Assembly: GCA_950097015.1 (NCBI GenBank)
Contig: CATNEN010000038.1
Span: 13,888,001-13,952,000 of the forward strand
Direction of reading: 5' to 3'
DNA: 64,000 bases
Origin: Macrostomum hystrix
Lineage: Eukaryota > Animalia > Platyhelminthes
Shown: positions 14,440-27,600 of the stretch, piece by piece
Layout of the letters: each line of letters opens with the position of its first letter
Position numbering within the stretch: position 1 is the first letter of the stretch
Position numbers and translations under genes: made by a program
The notes under the pieces: model-generated
Databases searched by the model: none
Seen by the model: the letters and a program-made list of their open reading frames with translations, nothing else
What the model was told of the DNA's origin: nothing

Positions 14440-17400
14440 ATGCTAACAGTGGAGCAGTACAACGGTCACGACAATGGTGGACAGGACTCATCGGTCGCAG
14501 TACACAGTAGCCAGCCATTTCCAGTCCAGTCTCAGCAGCTGCAAAGCTCTGAAGCGTCTTCCGGTGCCGCCGGCGGTGGAGTCGGCGTTGGTGGCTACGA
14601 GAAATCTGAAGATGGTTGCGATGAATCGAATGCCGATTCGGAAGGCAGAGCGCGTAGGTTACTCAACTCTGGTTTTATAGAAAGTAGTGACATGTTTAAG
14701 GAAACTGAATTTAAATGAGTTCCTGAATAAAAAAGTAACGACAAGCCTCCAAGCCTTCTCGAGAGGCACCTTAAAGCGTTAACCGCTCTGCCACCGAACC
14801 CTTTTTGAGTCGTTAACGGAAGTTAGTTTTAGTAGCGAGGTTTAGGAATTAACAGACAGTGGTTTCAGAAGTAGCGGAAGTCATTTGAGGAAGTAGCGGA
14901 AGATAGTTTAAGAAGTGGCGGAAGATGGTTCAAGAAGTAGCGAAAGTTGTTTGAGCTATTTACTGAAGCTAGTTTGAGAAGTAGCGGAATGTGGTTTAAG
15001 AAGTAGCGGAATGTTGTTTAAGAAGTAGCGGAATGTTGTTTAAGAAGTAGCGGAATGGGGTTTAAAAAGTAGCGGAATGTTGTTTAAGAAGTAGCGGAAT
15101 GGGGTTTAAAAAGTAGCGGAATGTTGTTTAAGAAGTAGCGGAATGTGGTTTAAGAAGTAGCGGAATGTTGTTTAAGAAGTAGCGGAATGGGGTTTAAAAA
15201 GTAGCGGAATGTTGTTTAAGAAGTAGCGGAATGTGGTTTAAGAAGTAGCGGAATGTGGTTTAAGAAGTAGCGGAATGTTGTTTAAGAAGTAGCGGAATGT
15301 GGTTTAAGAAGTAGCGGAATGTTGTTTAAGAAGTAGCGGAATGTGGTTTAAGAAGTAGCGGAATGTTGTTTAAGAAGTAGCGGAATGGGGTTTAAAAAGT
15401 AGCGGAATGTTGTTTAAGAAGTAGCGGAATGTGGTTTAAGAAGTAGCGGAATGTTGTTTAAGAAGTAGCGGAATGGGGTTTAAAAAGTAGCGGAATGTTG
15501 TTTAAGAAGTAGCGGAATGGGGTTTAAGAAGTAGCGGAATGTGGTTTAAGAAGTAGCGGAATGTGGTTTAAGAAGTAGCGGAAGATAGTTTAAGAAGTGG
15601 CGGAAGATGGTTTAAGAAGTGGCGGAAGATGGTTTAAGAAGTGGCGGAATGTTGTTTAAGAAGTAGCGGAATGTTGTTTAAGAAGTAGCGGAATGGGGTT
15701 TAAGAAGTAGCGGAATTTTGTTTAAGAAGTAGCGGAATGTGGTTTAAGAAGTGGCGGAAGATGGTTTAAGAAGTGGCGGAATGTTGTTTAAGAAGTAGCG
15801 GAATGGGGTTTAAGAAGTAGCGGAATGGGGTTTAAGAAGTGGCGGAAGATGGTTTAAGAAGTGGCGGAATGTGGTTTAAGAAGTAGCGGAATGGGGTTTA
15901 AGAAGTGGCGGAAGATGGTTTAAGAAGTGGCGGAATGTTGTTTAAGAAGTAGCGGAATGTTGTTTAAGAAGTAGCGGAATGGGGTTTAAGAAGTAGCGGA
16001 ATTTTGTTTAAGAAGTAGCGGAATGGGGTTTAAGAAGTAGCGGAAAAGTTTTTTAGAAGTAGCGAAATAAAGTTTTTTCGAAGCCCATAGCGGACGTTAC
16101 TTTAGTGGCTTAAAATCTTTAAGAAGTAACAAAAACTAGTTTAGGAAGCTACCAAATGTTTTTCAACAGCAGCTTAACAAAGTCGCAGAAATGTCAGTTT
16201 TTTTCGTGAATGTGCAAAATAGTTTTCACTTTTGACTTACTTACCGGGCTTATTTTTCGTGACCGATATTTCTGTTTATCTGTGCCTACTAGCTGGCCGT
16301 TTGCTAGACAAAAACATAGTTAGAATGCACAGCGGAAAACTGGATCAGTTATTGCGCTTGGCAGGTGATTTTATTTGACTAAGCTGTTTACATTCAGTCT
16401 GCTTGTAAATTAGTTGTCTGGTTTGGTAGAATATTTTTGCGCCTGAGTACTAGAGTAATACAAGACTCGATATTAAACAGTAAAGGATGTTTTTAGAATA
16501 GAAAAATACGCAACGTTTTTAATTTACAGTTAACTTTTTTAACTAACGGAACCTTGAATAAGTAACGCAAGTTGGTTAGCGATTAGTTCTAAATGGCAAC
16601 ATTATGAGATATAATGTCCTGAGTAATTACTTTGCTTTTAAAATGGCTCAATAGCTATGTGGCCTAGGTTGAATTAAGGACAGTTCTGTTCTTCCTTGCT
16701 AATGATATACAGGTGAGAGCCTGTTAAGCCTTGTTTTATCTGTTCCCCTTTCTTTACCTCTATTGTCGATACGAGAGAGGTGAACTCAGTGTGTAGTTTT
16801 TTTATGGAAGCCATTTTTATGCTTGCCGTGTATCTTGTTTCTCCGCGTCATTGCTCCCTCCCGTCTACCCCTTGTGGGGGCTAGGATTTCTGCTCAACAT
16901 GCATATTTCATTTCGCATATTTGAGCATGCCCACAGTGCTTGCCTCTTCTTACTCAGCTAGACACTGATTTGTATCGGAAGACAAGTAGTCACATAGATT
17001 GTGTGTTGGAAGACAAGTAGTCACATAGATTGTGTATTGGAAGACAAGTAGTCACATAGATTGTGTATTGGAAGACAAGTAGTCACATAGATTGTGTATT
17101 GGAAGACAAGTAGTCACATAGATTGTGTGTTGGAAGACAAGTAGTCACATAGATTGTGTGTTGGAAGACAAGTAGTCATATAGATTGTGTGTTGGAAGAC
17201 AAGTAGTCACATAGATTGTGTGTTGGAAGACAAGTAGTCACATAGATTGTGTGTTGGAAGACAAGTAGTCACATAGATTGTGTGTTGGAAGACAAGTAGT
17301 CACATAGATTGTGTGTTGGAAGACAAGTAGTCACATAGATTGTGTGTTGGAAGACAAGTAGTCACATAGATTGTGTATTGGAAGACAAGTAGTCACATAG

Positions 17401-18600
17401 ATTGTGTGTTGGAAGACAAGTAGTCACATAGATTGTGTATTGGAAGACAAGTAGTCACATAGATTGTGTATTGGAAGACAAGTAGTCACAGATTGTGTAT
17501 TGGAAGACAAGTAGTCACATAGATTGTGTATTGGAAGACAAGTAGTCACATAGATTGTGTATTGGAAGACAAGTAGTCACATAGATTGTGTATTGGAAGA
17601 CAAGTAGTCACATAGATTGTGTATTGGAAGACAAGTAGTCACATAGATTGTGTATTGGAAGAAAAGTGGACACATGGAGAGTGTATCGGAAGGCAAGTGG
17701 ACAGATAGATAGTGTATTGGAAGACACGTAGACACGAAAAGGGGGTAATGTTAGATAAACAGACACAGAAGAGCTTAATGATAGACAAATGGATACATAT
17801 AAAGAATGTAATGCTAGATAAATAGACACATAGAAGAGAGTATTGTTAGACAAATAGACACAAAAGAGAGTGCAACGTGAGACAGTAGACACAAAGAAGA
17901 GTGTAGTATGAGACAAGTGGGCACATAGAAATGGTAATGCTAGACAAATAGACCCTTCAAATGTAAAATGTCAGTTGTAAAGCCTGACATTTGACCTCCA
18001 GTGTGCCGTTCTACCTTCTCTCTTGTGTTTCTTGTTGACCTTGGAGTCTAGACTTGAAATCTGAGCTTGCCCTTAAAACCAAGCCCTAGAAGCATTGGGA
18101 CTGATTATTCAGCTATGAACCAGGGGTAACTAGTTCTATTTGCCTATACTTGTTTATCTGTTTATCCAGATAGATGGTCTGTCTGCTTGTCTGTGTCTGT
18201 GAGTGTTTATTTATCATTCTATTATTCGTCTTTCCCCGCCCTGCCGCAGACAAATCACGTGACGAGCGCATCCGGGAGGCCAAGCGCCAGTACCAAGCTG
18301 AGCGGCAGCGTCGCCTTGCCGAGCTGATGGCCGCCCAGCGTCAGGCAGATGAGCTCCGTCGACGTCAAGAGGCCGAACGTCGACGCCGCATAGAAGAATC
18401 TCGTCGTCGCGACGCTGAGCGTCGCCGAATTGTCGAAGAGCGCCGGCGTCGATTAGAAGCGGCCGAAATGGAACGCAGGGAGACGCTGCTGCGGCGTCTC
18501 TACGATCGGGATAATCGGGCGGACTCGGCCAGGACGGAACGGCGAGGCCGGTCTGGCATAGCCTTCGCCTTCGGCAGCAGCACCCCGCGTGACGTCTGTG

Positions 18601-18644
<44 letters not shown>

Positions 18645-21600
18645 AACAAGTCCGCTAACCCGGCTTCCGCTGCCGATGCCGCTGACTCTGCCGCAGCCGG
18701 CGGCCTCGCTAGTGCCGCTGGCGGCGGTGGCGTCAGTCACAGGCGGGCCGTCAGCTGCGCTGGTCGCGGCGGTGTCGGATCAGCAGGTGTGTTCTAACTC
18801 GCTAACCTGTTCTAACCATTCATATCAGTTCTAACTGATATCAGTTCTAATCCCAATCACTGTGCTCTTATTGGGGGACTCAATGCCAAGTTTTGAACAA
18901 ACTGGGCTCAAAAATCGGATTAGCAAAAGTTCTAACCGAAAGTGTGTGCTAATCCAGCAATTATTATAATCTTTTTGTGTTTTATTAGTTTTTATGACTT
19001 ATTTAACCGCGCTTTGATATGATTTAGATTCCTAACTTTATTCATTAATGTTGTTTGAATTCAGTTTGAAGGCTATTATTTATTAGACTTGTATAAATTA
19101 ATGAGTATTTGCTTAACAATGGATTTATCTGTCTATCTTAGCCTGTGAAATGGCTTGTAGACTCGTCTATAGTTACCTAGTCTATTTTGGATGATAACTA
19201 GAATCTCAAAGCAGGGATAAAATTAGTGTTTTTTTAGACGCCTCATTTCCAGTCCATTCATTGAACAACTGTCTGTACATTTGAAGGTCATTTTTTAAAT
19301 TGACTCACTAAAACCCAACTGTATAATTATGGAAACCAAGCAGAATCTCATTTAGGTGGAATCACAAATGGCTATAAAATCAATTTGTATTTCCAGTTTG
19401 TCCTAGGCTGTTTCGCCTCTATCCGCAGCTGTATCTGCTGCCTTATCATGGTCGAGGCCCTTCGCCGCCTCCATATTTGCGCGGTAAACTTGAAAATAAA
19501 GGAAATTAATATGAAATAATATTTGTTTTATTAAAACAGGACATATTGCTTCAGGGTTCGACTGTTGATTATAAGATTTAAGATTCGAGGCTTAAAATGC
19601 GTGCCCTTTGTAATATTGTATTTAAGGAATTTTTTTAAAAATAGTTTTAAGTATTCGATATAGTAAACTACTTACTTGACTAAGTAGCATGGAATGCGTT
19701 TTTCTTGGAGAGCTCGTATTGTTGTGCAATTTATTGCGCTGCCTCTGCATGGCTCAGTTAACCTTGACCTTTAAATTGAAGAATTCCTTCACCCTTGAAT
19801 GCCCGCCAAATATAGCCGGCTCAATGCCAGACATGTCCGCTATTGGCAAAACTAATCTAGCCTCCAACGATAGCAGCAGCGATGCGACCACTTCGTCAAC
19901 TGACGCCGCTGCGGCTGGCGTTACAAAGCGGCGCTTGGCTCCCTCCCAGCCAGCTCTGAATGCCATCAGTGAGACTGAGGTGGCTGTGCTCAACGAATCA
20001 GAATCTAAGCCAAGTAGTAGAAGAACAATATCTGCTAAAGTGGCTGCAACAAAGCAGCAGCAGCAGAGAAAGTCTTTGTTTGGCAGTCAGCTACCGCCTA
20101 GGCGTGGCGTGTCAATGACTGATGTGTCCTCTGTGAGGTCGCAGAAACCGACTGTACAGGGTAAGGCAGGAGAGGCGAAGGCCATTGGACGAACACACTC
20201 TGATCAATTGAGACATTTAATTCCAAATTTTAGTTTGACATTTTCAAACCAGTTTTTAACCAAAATTTTAAACTAGTTAGTTTCTTAATTGTCCTTAATC
20301 TCATGATCTCATATTCACATAATTCATGCAATTAATTAACTTGCTAGTTGTACTTTTATCAGGTGATATAAAGCAGTTAGCTATTCGTTATTTTAACAAA
20401 ATGTGATTTTGCTTGTATTCATGATTGTTTAGTAATTTTTAGATTGCTCTGGATTAACTAGTATCTACCGGGGGGCCCATGCGTTTAAGGACAACTTAAA
20501 AATAATCAAATGTATATACGAGGGGTGTCCAAAAAGTAGTGATACTTTTGCTCGTACAGCCTTACTGCATGCTTGAAAATCAGCAAGTTTGGTGTTGTTG
20601 GAAAGCGAAAAATATCAGCTTTAATTTGACTGCAAACATTTAACAAAAAGACAACCTATAACAAAGTTATGAATAGAAACACACAACATGGTCAGCCATA
20701 GAGTTACAATGAATTTATGCATGGTGTAACAGGTCAAGAAGTTTCGACAGTTAGTACGACTCATCATCATCAGGGAGGGAAGCTTTCTCGACATAATTAC
20801 CCCCCGATTGCACGCACTTCTCCCAGCGACGAAACAAGTGATCAATCGCATCTGCGTAGATCTGTCGCGGAATCACGTGCAAAAGTACTCTGCGGACTTC
20901 CTGTTCCAGGTGATCACGGCTGACATGGACACGGCCCCTCAGGTGGCGCTTCAATTGAGGGAAAAGGGCAAAATCCGCAGGCGCGAGATCTGGCGAATAT
21001 GGCGGATGAGGCAGAAGGTCAAACTTTAGCTTTTTGATGGCCTCCATTGTTTGGTGGGCAGTGTGCGGCCGGGCGTTGTCATGATGCAGGATGACTGGCT
21101 TGACTCCCGAGCGCCGCTTATTTTGGATGTCTGCCTTCAGGCTTGCAAGGAGAGACGAATAACGGTCTGCGTTGATCATCGTATTCGGCTCCAGGAAGTC
21201 AATGGTGATTGGGCCATTACAGTCAAAGAAAACTGACAGCATGATTTTCTTACAGTGAGTTTCACGGCGAGCCTTGAGTGGTGGGTCGGAACCCTTAAGT
21301 GTCCACACTTTAGACTCTTGCTTTGTCGGCGGGTCAAAATGTGGAACCCACGTCTCGTCGCCAGTAACAATCAACTGGCGGAACTGATTCCAGCCACCGC
21401 GTTGACTTACCAGATTCAGGTTCCCTTGGCATGTCTGCTGGCGCTGCAGTCGCATATCAGCAGTGAGGAGCTTTGGGACCCAGCGGGCGCTCAGCTTAAC
21501 GAAGTTCATATTGGTCAGGCAGAGATGAACCGTTGATCGTGGCGTGTCGAGTCTGTCAGCAATCTCACGAATTGTCATTCTGCAGTCTTCTTCCAGCAGA

Positions 21601-24600
21601 TCAAGAATCCGGTCAGCCAAAGCCTTTGAGCTTGGTGCAGATGGCCTTCCTGGCCTTGGCAAGTCAGCCAAATTTGTTCTTCCTGACTCAAATTGCTCGA
21701 CCCATCTGTACACCGTCATGCGACTTACTGCTTCAGCTCCGTGAATGCTGCACAGATGATGGTAAATCTCCTGTCCACTTTTCCCAATACTCCATAGTGT
21801 GTGAATTGCGTGTCGCTGTCCTTCCTTTGAGCGCACGTCCATAACTGTCAGTTGAACAGAATCTGGTCTTTAAAAAGCAAGCACTTGTGAAAGAAAAATG
21901 AGCTGGCAGTGCAGAAGCAGGCAGGCAGGCAGAAGCAAGCAGGCAGTGCGAAGAAGACTTAGCCACAATTTACCACAGACAAAAAAGCAACCCTCGTACG
22001 CTCGTAAAATGCTACCCCAGTATTTATTGGTTTACATTTATTGATTTGTTAAGCTCTAAAGCTTCATGAATCTTTGAGGCAGATAAAACTCAACAAAGTC
22101 AACCATACAGTATTTTTGTAAGTCTATGAGCAACCCTTGCTCAAATAGACAGTGATAACTTTTTTTAAAAACAACATATGAGGATGATTTTTTAGTCAAA
22201 TTAAGGCTGATATTTTTCGCTTTCCAACAACACCAAACTTGCTGATTTTCAAGCATGCAGTAAGGCTATACGAGCAAAAGTATCACTACTTTTTGGACAC
22301 CCCTCGTACATTTTTAATATAAAAACATCCAACAAACAAAAACTTTAACATTTTAACTGACCGCCATATTGTCTAGATGGCAACTAAAAATAACATTTAC
22401 TCAATGTAGCCCCCCTCCACTGCATACACGGCTTCAATGCGAGACCGAAACTTGGTACAGGCACCTCTGATGACGGCAGGGCCCTGAGCTGACCAGGCAG
22501 CACTAACAGCAACTTGGAGAGTCTCCACGGTAGCATAAGTTGTTAAACATGCAACGCGGGCCACGTTGTTCCACACAAAGTAATCGAGAGGGGAACAGTC
22601 TGGACTCGATGGTGGCCAAGTGGTCGCATCCCAGAAGTCCTCGCCGAGCTCCTGGCGAAGAAATTCTTGAGTAGCGACAGCCGTGTCGGCAGGAGCGCCG
22701 TCCTGCTGAAAAACAAACGTACCTGGGGCAAAGTTGTGTCGAATCCATGGCAGTACATGACCCTGCAGCATGCGGATGTACTCGGCTGAGTTGATTTTCA
22801 CTCCAGCTGGTACCCAGATCGGGGGAGCCACCCTGCCGTCCGAAGCCACGACACCGAGAAACATGGCACCTTTGGCATGTTGCTGGCGAGGCATATAGCG
22901 GTGTTCCTCCGCAGCAGAGCTGGAGTCTCCTGACGGTGCCAGATATCGGTCATTCTGTCGATTGAAGGCCCTGTCGACGGTACAGAACTTCTCATCGCTG
23001 AAGATCAGAACCTTCCCGGCGTCCGGTCCTTTCAGTCGGTTGATTAATTGACGGCACCGTTCTGCTCGAACAGATCTGGCAGTTGCTGTTAATGCCTGCG
23101 ATTCCTTAATCTTATACGAACTGAGGTCAAGGTCTTCGTGTACCAGCCTCTGCATCGTGCTCCTTGAAACACCACTTGACCTGGCAAGCTCCCTGATGGA
23201 CACTCGAGGGTCAGCTTTGATCCTCTCAGCCACAGTTTCGCGAAGCTCCTCTGACCTGATTGGTCTTGGAGAGTTGTGGGGTTTCCTTTCAACTGCCGCA
23301 GCAGCTCCAACTTCTTCAATGTCGCTCTTGACGGCGTAAACAAACGACCTTGCAACATTGAGGTTCTCTGCTATCTGTGCTGGGCTTATACCCCGCGCGA
23401 GCTGGTCTACCACCATCAAACGTTTAGCGCGATTCATGGCTAATGCTAAGTTGCCGAAAATTTTCGCGGCAGCTACAGACTATATAGATACTATTTTGTC
23501 TATGACCAAAACTATTATGCTCTAGCTACCGCTGGCTTTGCTTTCTTCTATTTTTAAGGTTGTCCTTAAACGCATGGGCCACCCGGTACGCTAAAACACT
23601 GCCTGGTATTTATAACAAATTTTGTCACATTTTTAACAGCCTGTCGTGTTGTGATTGCGGTTTATAATGCAATAAAAATTGTTGCTTTTTCAAAGTCAGT
23701 CACTATAAAAGTACATACGAGCCTTTCCCCACCCGCCTTGAAATTTAGTGTCTTCGGCAGGCAGCGAGGCGGCTTCGTCGCCAGCTAGAAAGTCTCGACA
23801 GGCTGTGAAGTCCAGTTTGGGCACAGAAAATGAGGGTAAGTCAAGTGTTTATTGTGTGCGAAATTTGTTTATGCAACCCTTTTAGGCTTATTACGCTTTC
23901 TGCTTTACTTTCAGTAGAGCAGTGTGCTTTTTTCGCATATAAAAGCAAGATTTTTTTGTACTTAACAATCCAGATGAGCAAGCGGACTCCGCAAACGGAG
24001 TCACCTATCTTTATCAGGCTAATTCTGCCGGTAAACAAAATGATGAAAAATGATTTTATATTTACTGTTCTTTTTTATACTGTCCTAAGTCTGTAGTTTG
24101 TTAATATTGGTAAATTATCTTCTGTTTTGTATCGAAGACTTGCCACTTTGAAGTTTCATCGATTTTTAAAACGTCGAATTTTTTTCTCTATTGTATAGAA
24201 ATGTATCATTCCTAGTTTTTTATTTGATAATTGGTCTTTTATTTTAATAGCCACTTTCCAACACACAAGAAATTGCTTCATATCTATATTTATTTAAAAC
24301 CATTTAATCTAGATAATCTGATTTAAGCAGTTAAACCATCCCAGATGCTCAGATTTGAGCAGTCCCTCCAACCCAGATGCCCAGATTTGAGCAGTCCCTC
24401 CAACCCAGATGCTCAGATTTGAGCAGTCCCTCCAACCCAGATGCCCAGATTTGAGCAGTCCCTCCAACCCAGATGCTCAGATTTGAGCAGTCCCTATAAC
24501 CCAGATGCTCAGATTTGATCAGTCCCTCCAACCCAGATGCTCAGATTTGAGCAGTTCCTATAACCCAGATGCTCAGATTTGATCAGTCCCTCCAACCCAG

Positions 24601-27600
24601 ATGCCCAGATTTGAGCAGTCCCTATAACCCAGATGCTCAGATTTGAGCAGTCCCTATAACCCAGATGCTCAGATTTGAGCAGTCCCTATAACCCAGATGC
24701 CCAGATTTGAGCAGTCCCTCCAACCCAGATGCCCAGATTTGATCAGTCCCTATAACCCAGATGCTCAGATTTGAGCAGTCCCTATAACCCAGATACTCAG
24801 ATTTGAGCAGTCACTCCATCCCAGATGCTCAGATTTGAGCAGTCCCTATAACCCAGATACTCAGATTTGATCAGTCCCTATAACCCAGATGCTCAGATTT
24901 GATCAGTCCCTATAACCCAGATGCTCAGATTTGAGCAGTCCCTATAACCCAGATGCTCAGATTTGAGCAGTCCCTATAACCCAGATGCTCAGATTTGAGC
25001 AGTCCCTATAACCCAGATGCTCAGATTTGATCAGTCCCTATAACCCAGATGCTCAGATTTGAGCAGTCCCTATAACCCAGATGCTCAGATTTGAGCAGTC
25101 CCTATAACCCAGATGCTCAGATTTGAGCAGTCCCTATAACCCAGATGCTCAGATTTGAGCAGTCCCTATAACCCAGATGCTCAGATTTGAGCAGTCCCTC
25201 CAACCCAGATGCTCAGATTTGAGCAGTCCCTCCAACCCAGATGCTCAGATTTGAGCAGTCCATATAACCCAGATGCTCAGATTTGAGCAGTCACTCCATC
25301 CCAGATGCTCAGATTTGATCAGTCCCTCCAACCCAGATGCCCAGATTTGAGCAGTCCCTATAACCCAGGTGCTCAGATTTGAGCAGTCCCTCCAACCCAG
25401 ATGCTCAGATTTGAGCAGTCCCTATAACCCAGATGCTCAGATTTGAGCAGTCCCTCCAACCCAGATGCTCAGATTTGAGCAGTCCATATAACCCAGATGC
25501 TCAGATTTGAGCAGTCACTCCATCCCAAATTCTCAGATTTGAACAGTCACTCCATCCCAGATCCTCAGATTGAGCAGTCACTCCACCCGAGATGCTCAGA
25601 TTTGAGCAGATCTGATATTTAAAAATAACTTTTGAAATTGCATTCCACCACACGCAGTGAAACGGTCAAAAGCTTCGTCCGTAGCGGCCGCCCAGTCGGA
25701 TGCCGACAAGAAGCCCCGAACACCCATTGTCGCTGGGCGGAAGGCCAGTGTGGACAATGCAGCTGCGACAATGGGATTAAATTCTCGTATGACCGCCTCG
25801 GTTATCGCCTCTTCATCTGCGATTGGCAAAGCTGATAAACTCGCGTCACCTAGGAAACCGCCAGCGTTGCCAAGGACGCCAGTTGGCGTTAGCAATAGTA
25901 CTAGCGGAACTGCCAAGTCTAGCCTGATGACTAAATCAATGATTGACCTGCCATCAGCTAAGAAGGTTAGTATCGTGTTTTTAGCCTCGCATTTATTTAT
26001 TTAAATGATTTACTTTTCGGACGAATCTTAGCTTACCTGTCTATTGCACTTGTTCGTCGCACGCCCAGGTTCGCACTAGGCAATTGTTCAACTCTACACC
26101 AACTAAGTCTTCTAGACGGGTAATGAAATAATATACGAGTATTTGTTCAAGGAATAGTTAAAAGGGAGAAAGATTATCTAGTGCATTTGTTTCCTCATTA
26201 TTTATCCACGGTGATTAGTGCCTGCATGCGAATGTACGTTTATGCTTCTGATCGATCGATCTATTTTGGCATTGTCTTTTAATTCAGGGATGAAGGGAAT
26301 GGGATCTTTATGAAGGCAATGGGATCTTAATGAAGGCAATGGGATCTTTATGAAGGGAATGGGATCTTTATGAATGGAATGGGATCTATATGAAGGCAAT
26401 GGGATCTTTATGAATGGAATGGGATCTTTATGAAGGCAATGGGATCTTTATGAATGGAATGGGATCTTTATGAAGGCAATGGGATCTTTATGAAGGCAAT
26501 GGGATCTTAATGAAGGCAATGGGATTTTTATGAAGGGAATGGGATCTTTATGAAGGCAATGGGATCTTTATGAAGGGAATGGGATCTTAATGAAGGCAAT
26601 GGGATCTTTATGAAGGCAATGGGATCTTTATGAAGGCAATGGGATCTTAATGAAGGCAATGGGATCTTAATGAAGGCAATGGGATCTTTATGAAGGGAAT
26701 GGGATCCTAATGAAGGCAATGGGATCTTTATGAAGGCAATGGGATCTTTATGAAGGCAATGGGATCTTAATGAAGGCAATGGGATCTTAATGAAGGCAAT
26801 GGGATCCTAATGAAGGCAATGGGATCTTTATGAAGGCAATGGGATCTTTATGGATGGAATGGGATCTTTATGAAGGCAATGGGATCTTTATGAAGGCAAT
26901 GGGATCTTTATGAAGGCAATGGGATCTTAATGAAGGCAATGGGATTTTTATGAAGGGAATGGGATCTTTATGAAGGCAATGGGATCTTAATGAAGGCAAT
27001 GGGATCTTAATGAAGGCAATGGGATACTAATGAAGGCAATGGAATCTTTATGAAGGCAATGGGATCTTTATGAATGGAATGGGATCTTTATGAAGGCAAT
27101 GGGATCTTAATGAAGGCAATGGGATCTTTATGAAGGCACTGGGATCTTTATGAAGGCAATGGGATCTTTATGAATGGAATGGGATCTTTATGAAGGCAAT
27201 GGGATCTTAATGAAGGCAATGGGATCTTTATGAATGGAATGGGATCTTTAAGAAGGCAATGGGATCTTTATGAAGGGAATGGGATCTTTATGAAGGCAAT
27301 GGGATCTTTATGAAGGGAATGAGATCTTTATGAAGGGAATGGGTTATTGATAGACTGAATGGGATCTCGATAAACGGAATGCATTTTTGGCAAAGTTATA
27401 TTCTATTAATTTTTGTGTTGTTTTCTTTCTTTTGAAATTTCATGTTATATGTTTTAGGAGTACTTTTAATGCAAGTTAACATTGCATGATTATTCCTCCA
27501 TGGTTGAAAACTCTGTGCAATAAGAAGTTATTTTATTCTGCATGTCTCTGGATGACTTTATTAATTAACTTTTTAATTATATATATAATTCCTTCATTAA

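Larger units (their letters stand above)
20468..23586 (-). mobile_element. maT (DD37D-family)-like Tc1/mariner transposon, ~1.33 kb once the nested mariner is removed
   Basis: TIR CCGGG(G/T)GGCCCATGCGTTTAAGGACAAC at both ends; TA duplications at 20466-20467 and 23587-23588. Confidence 0.93.
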
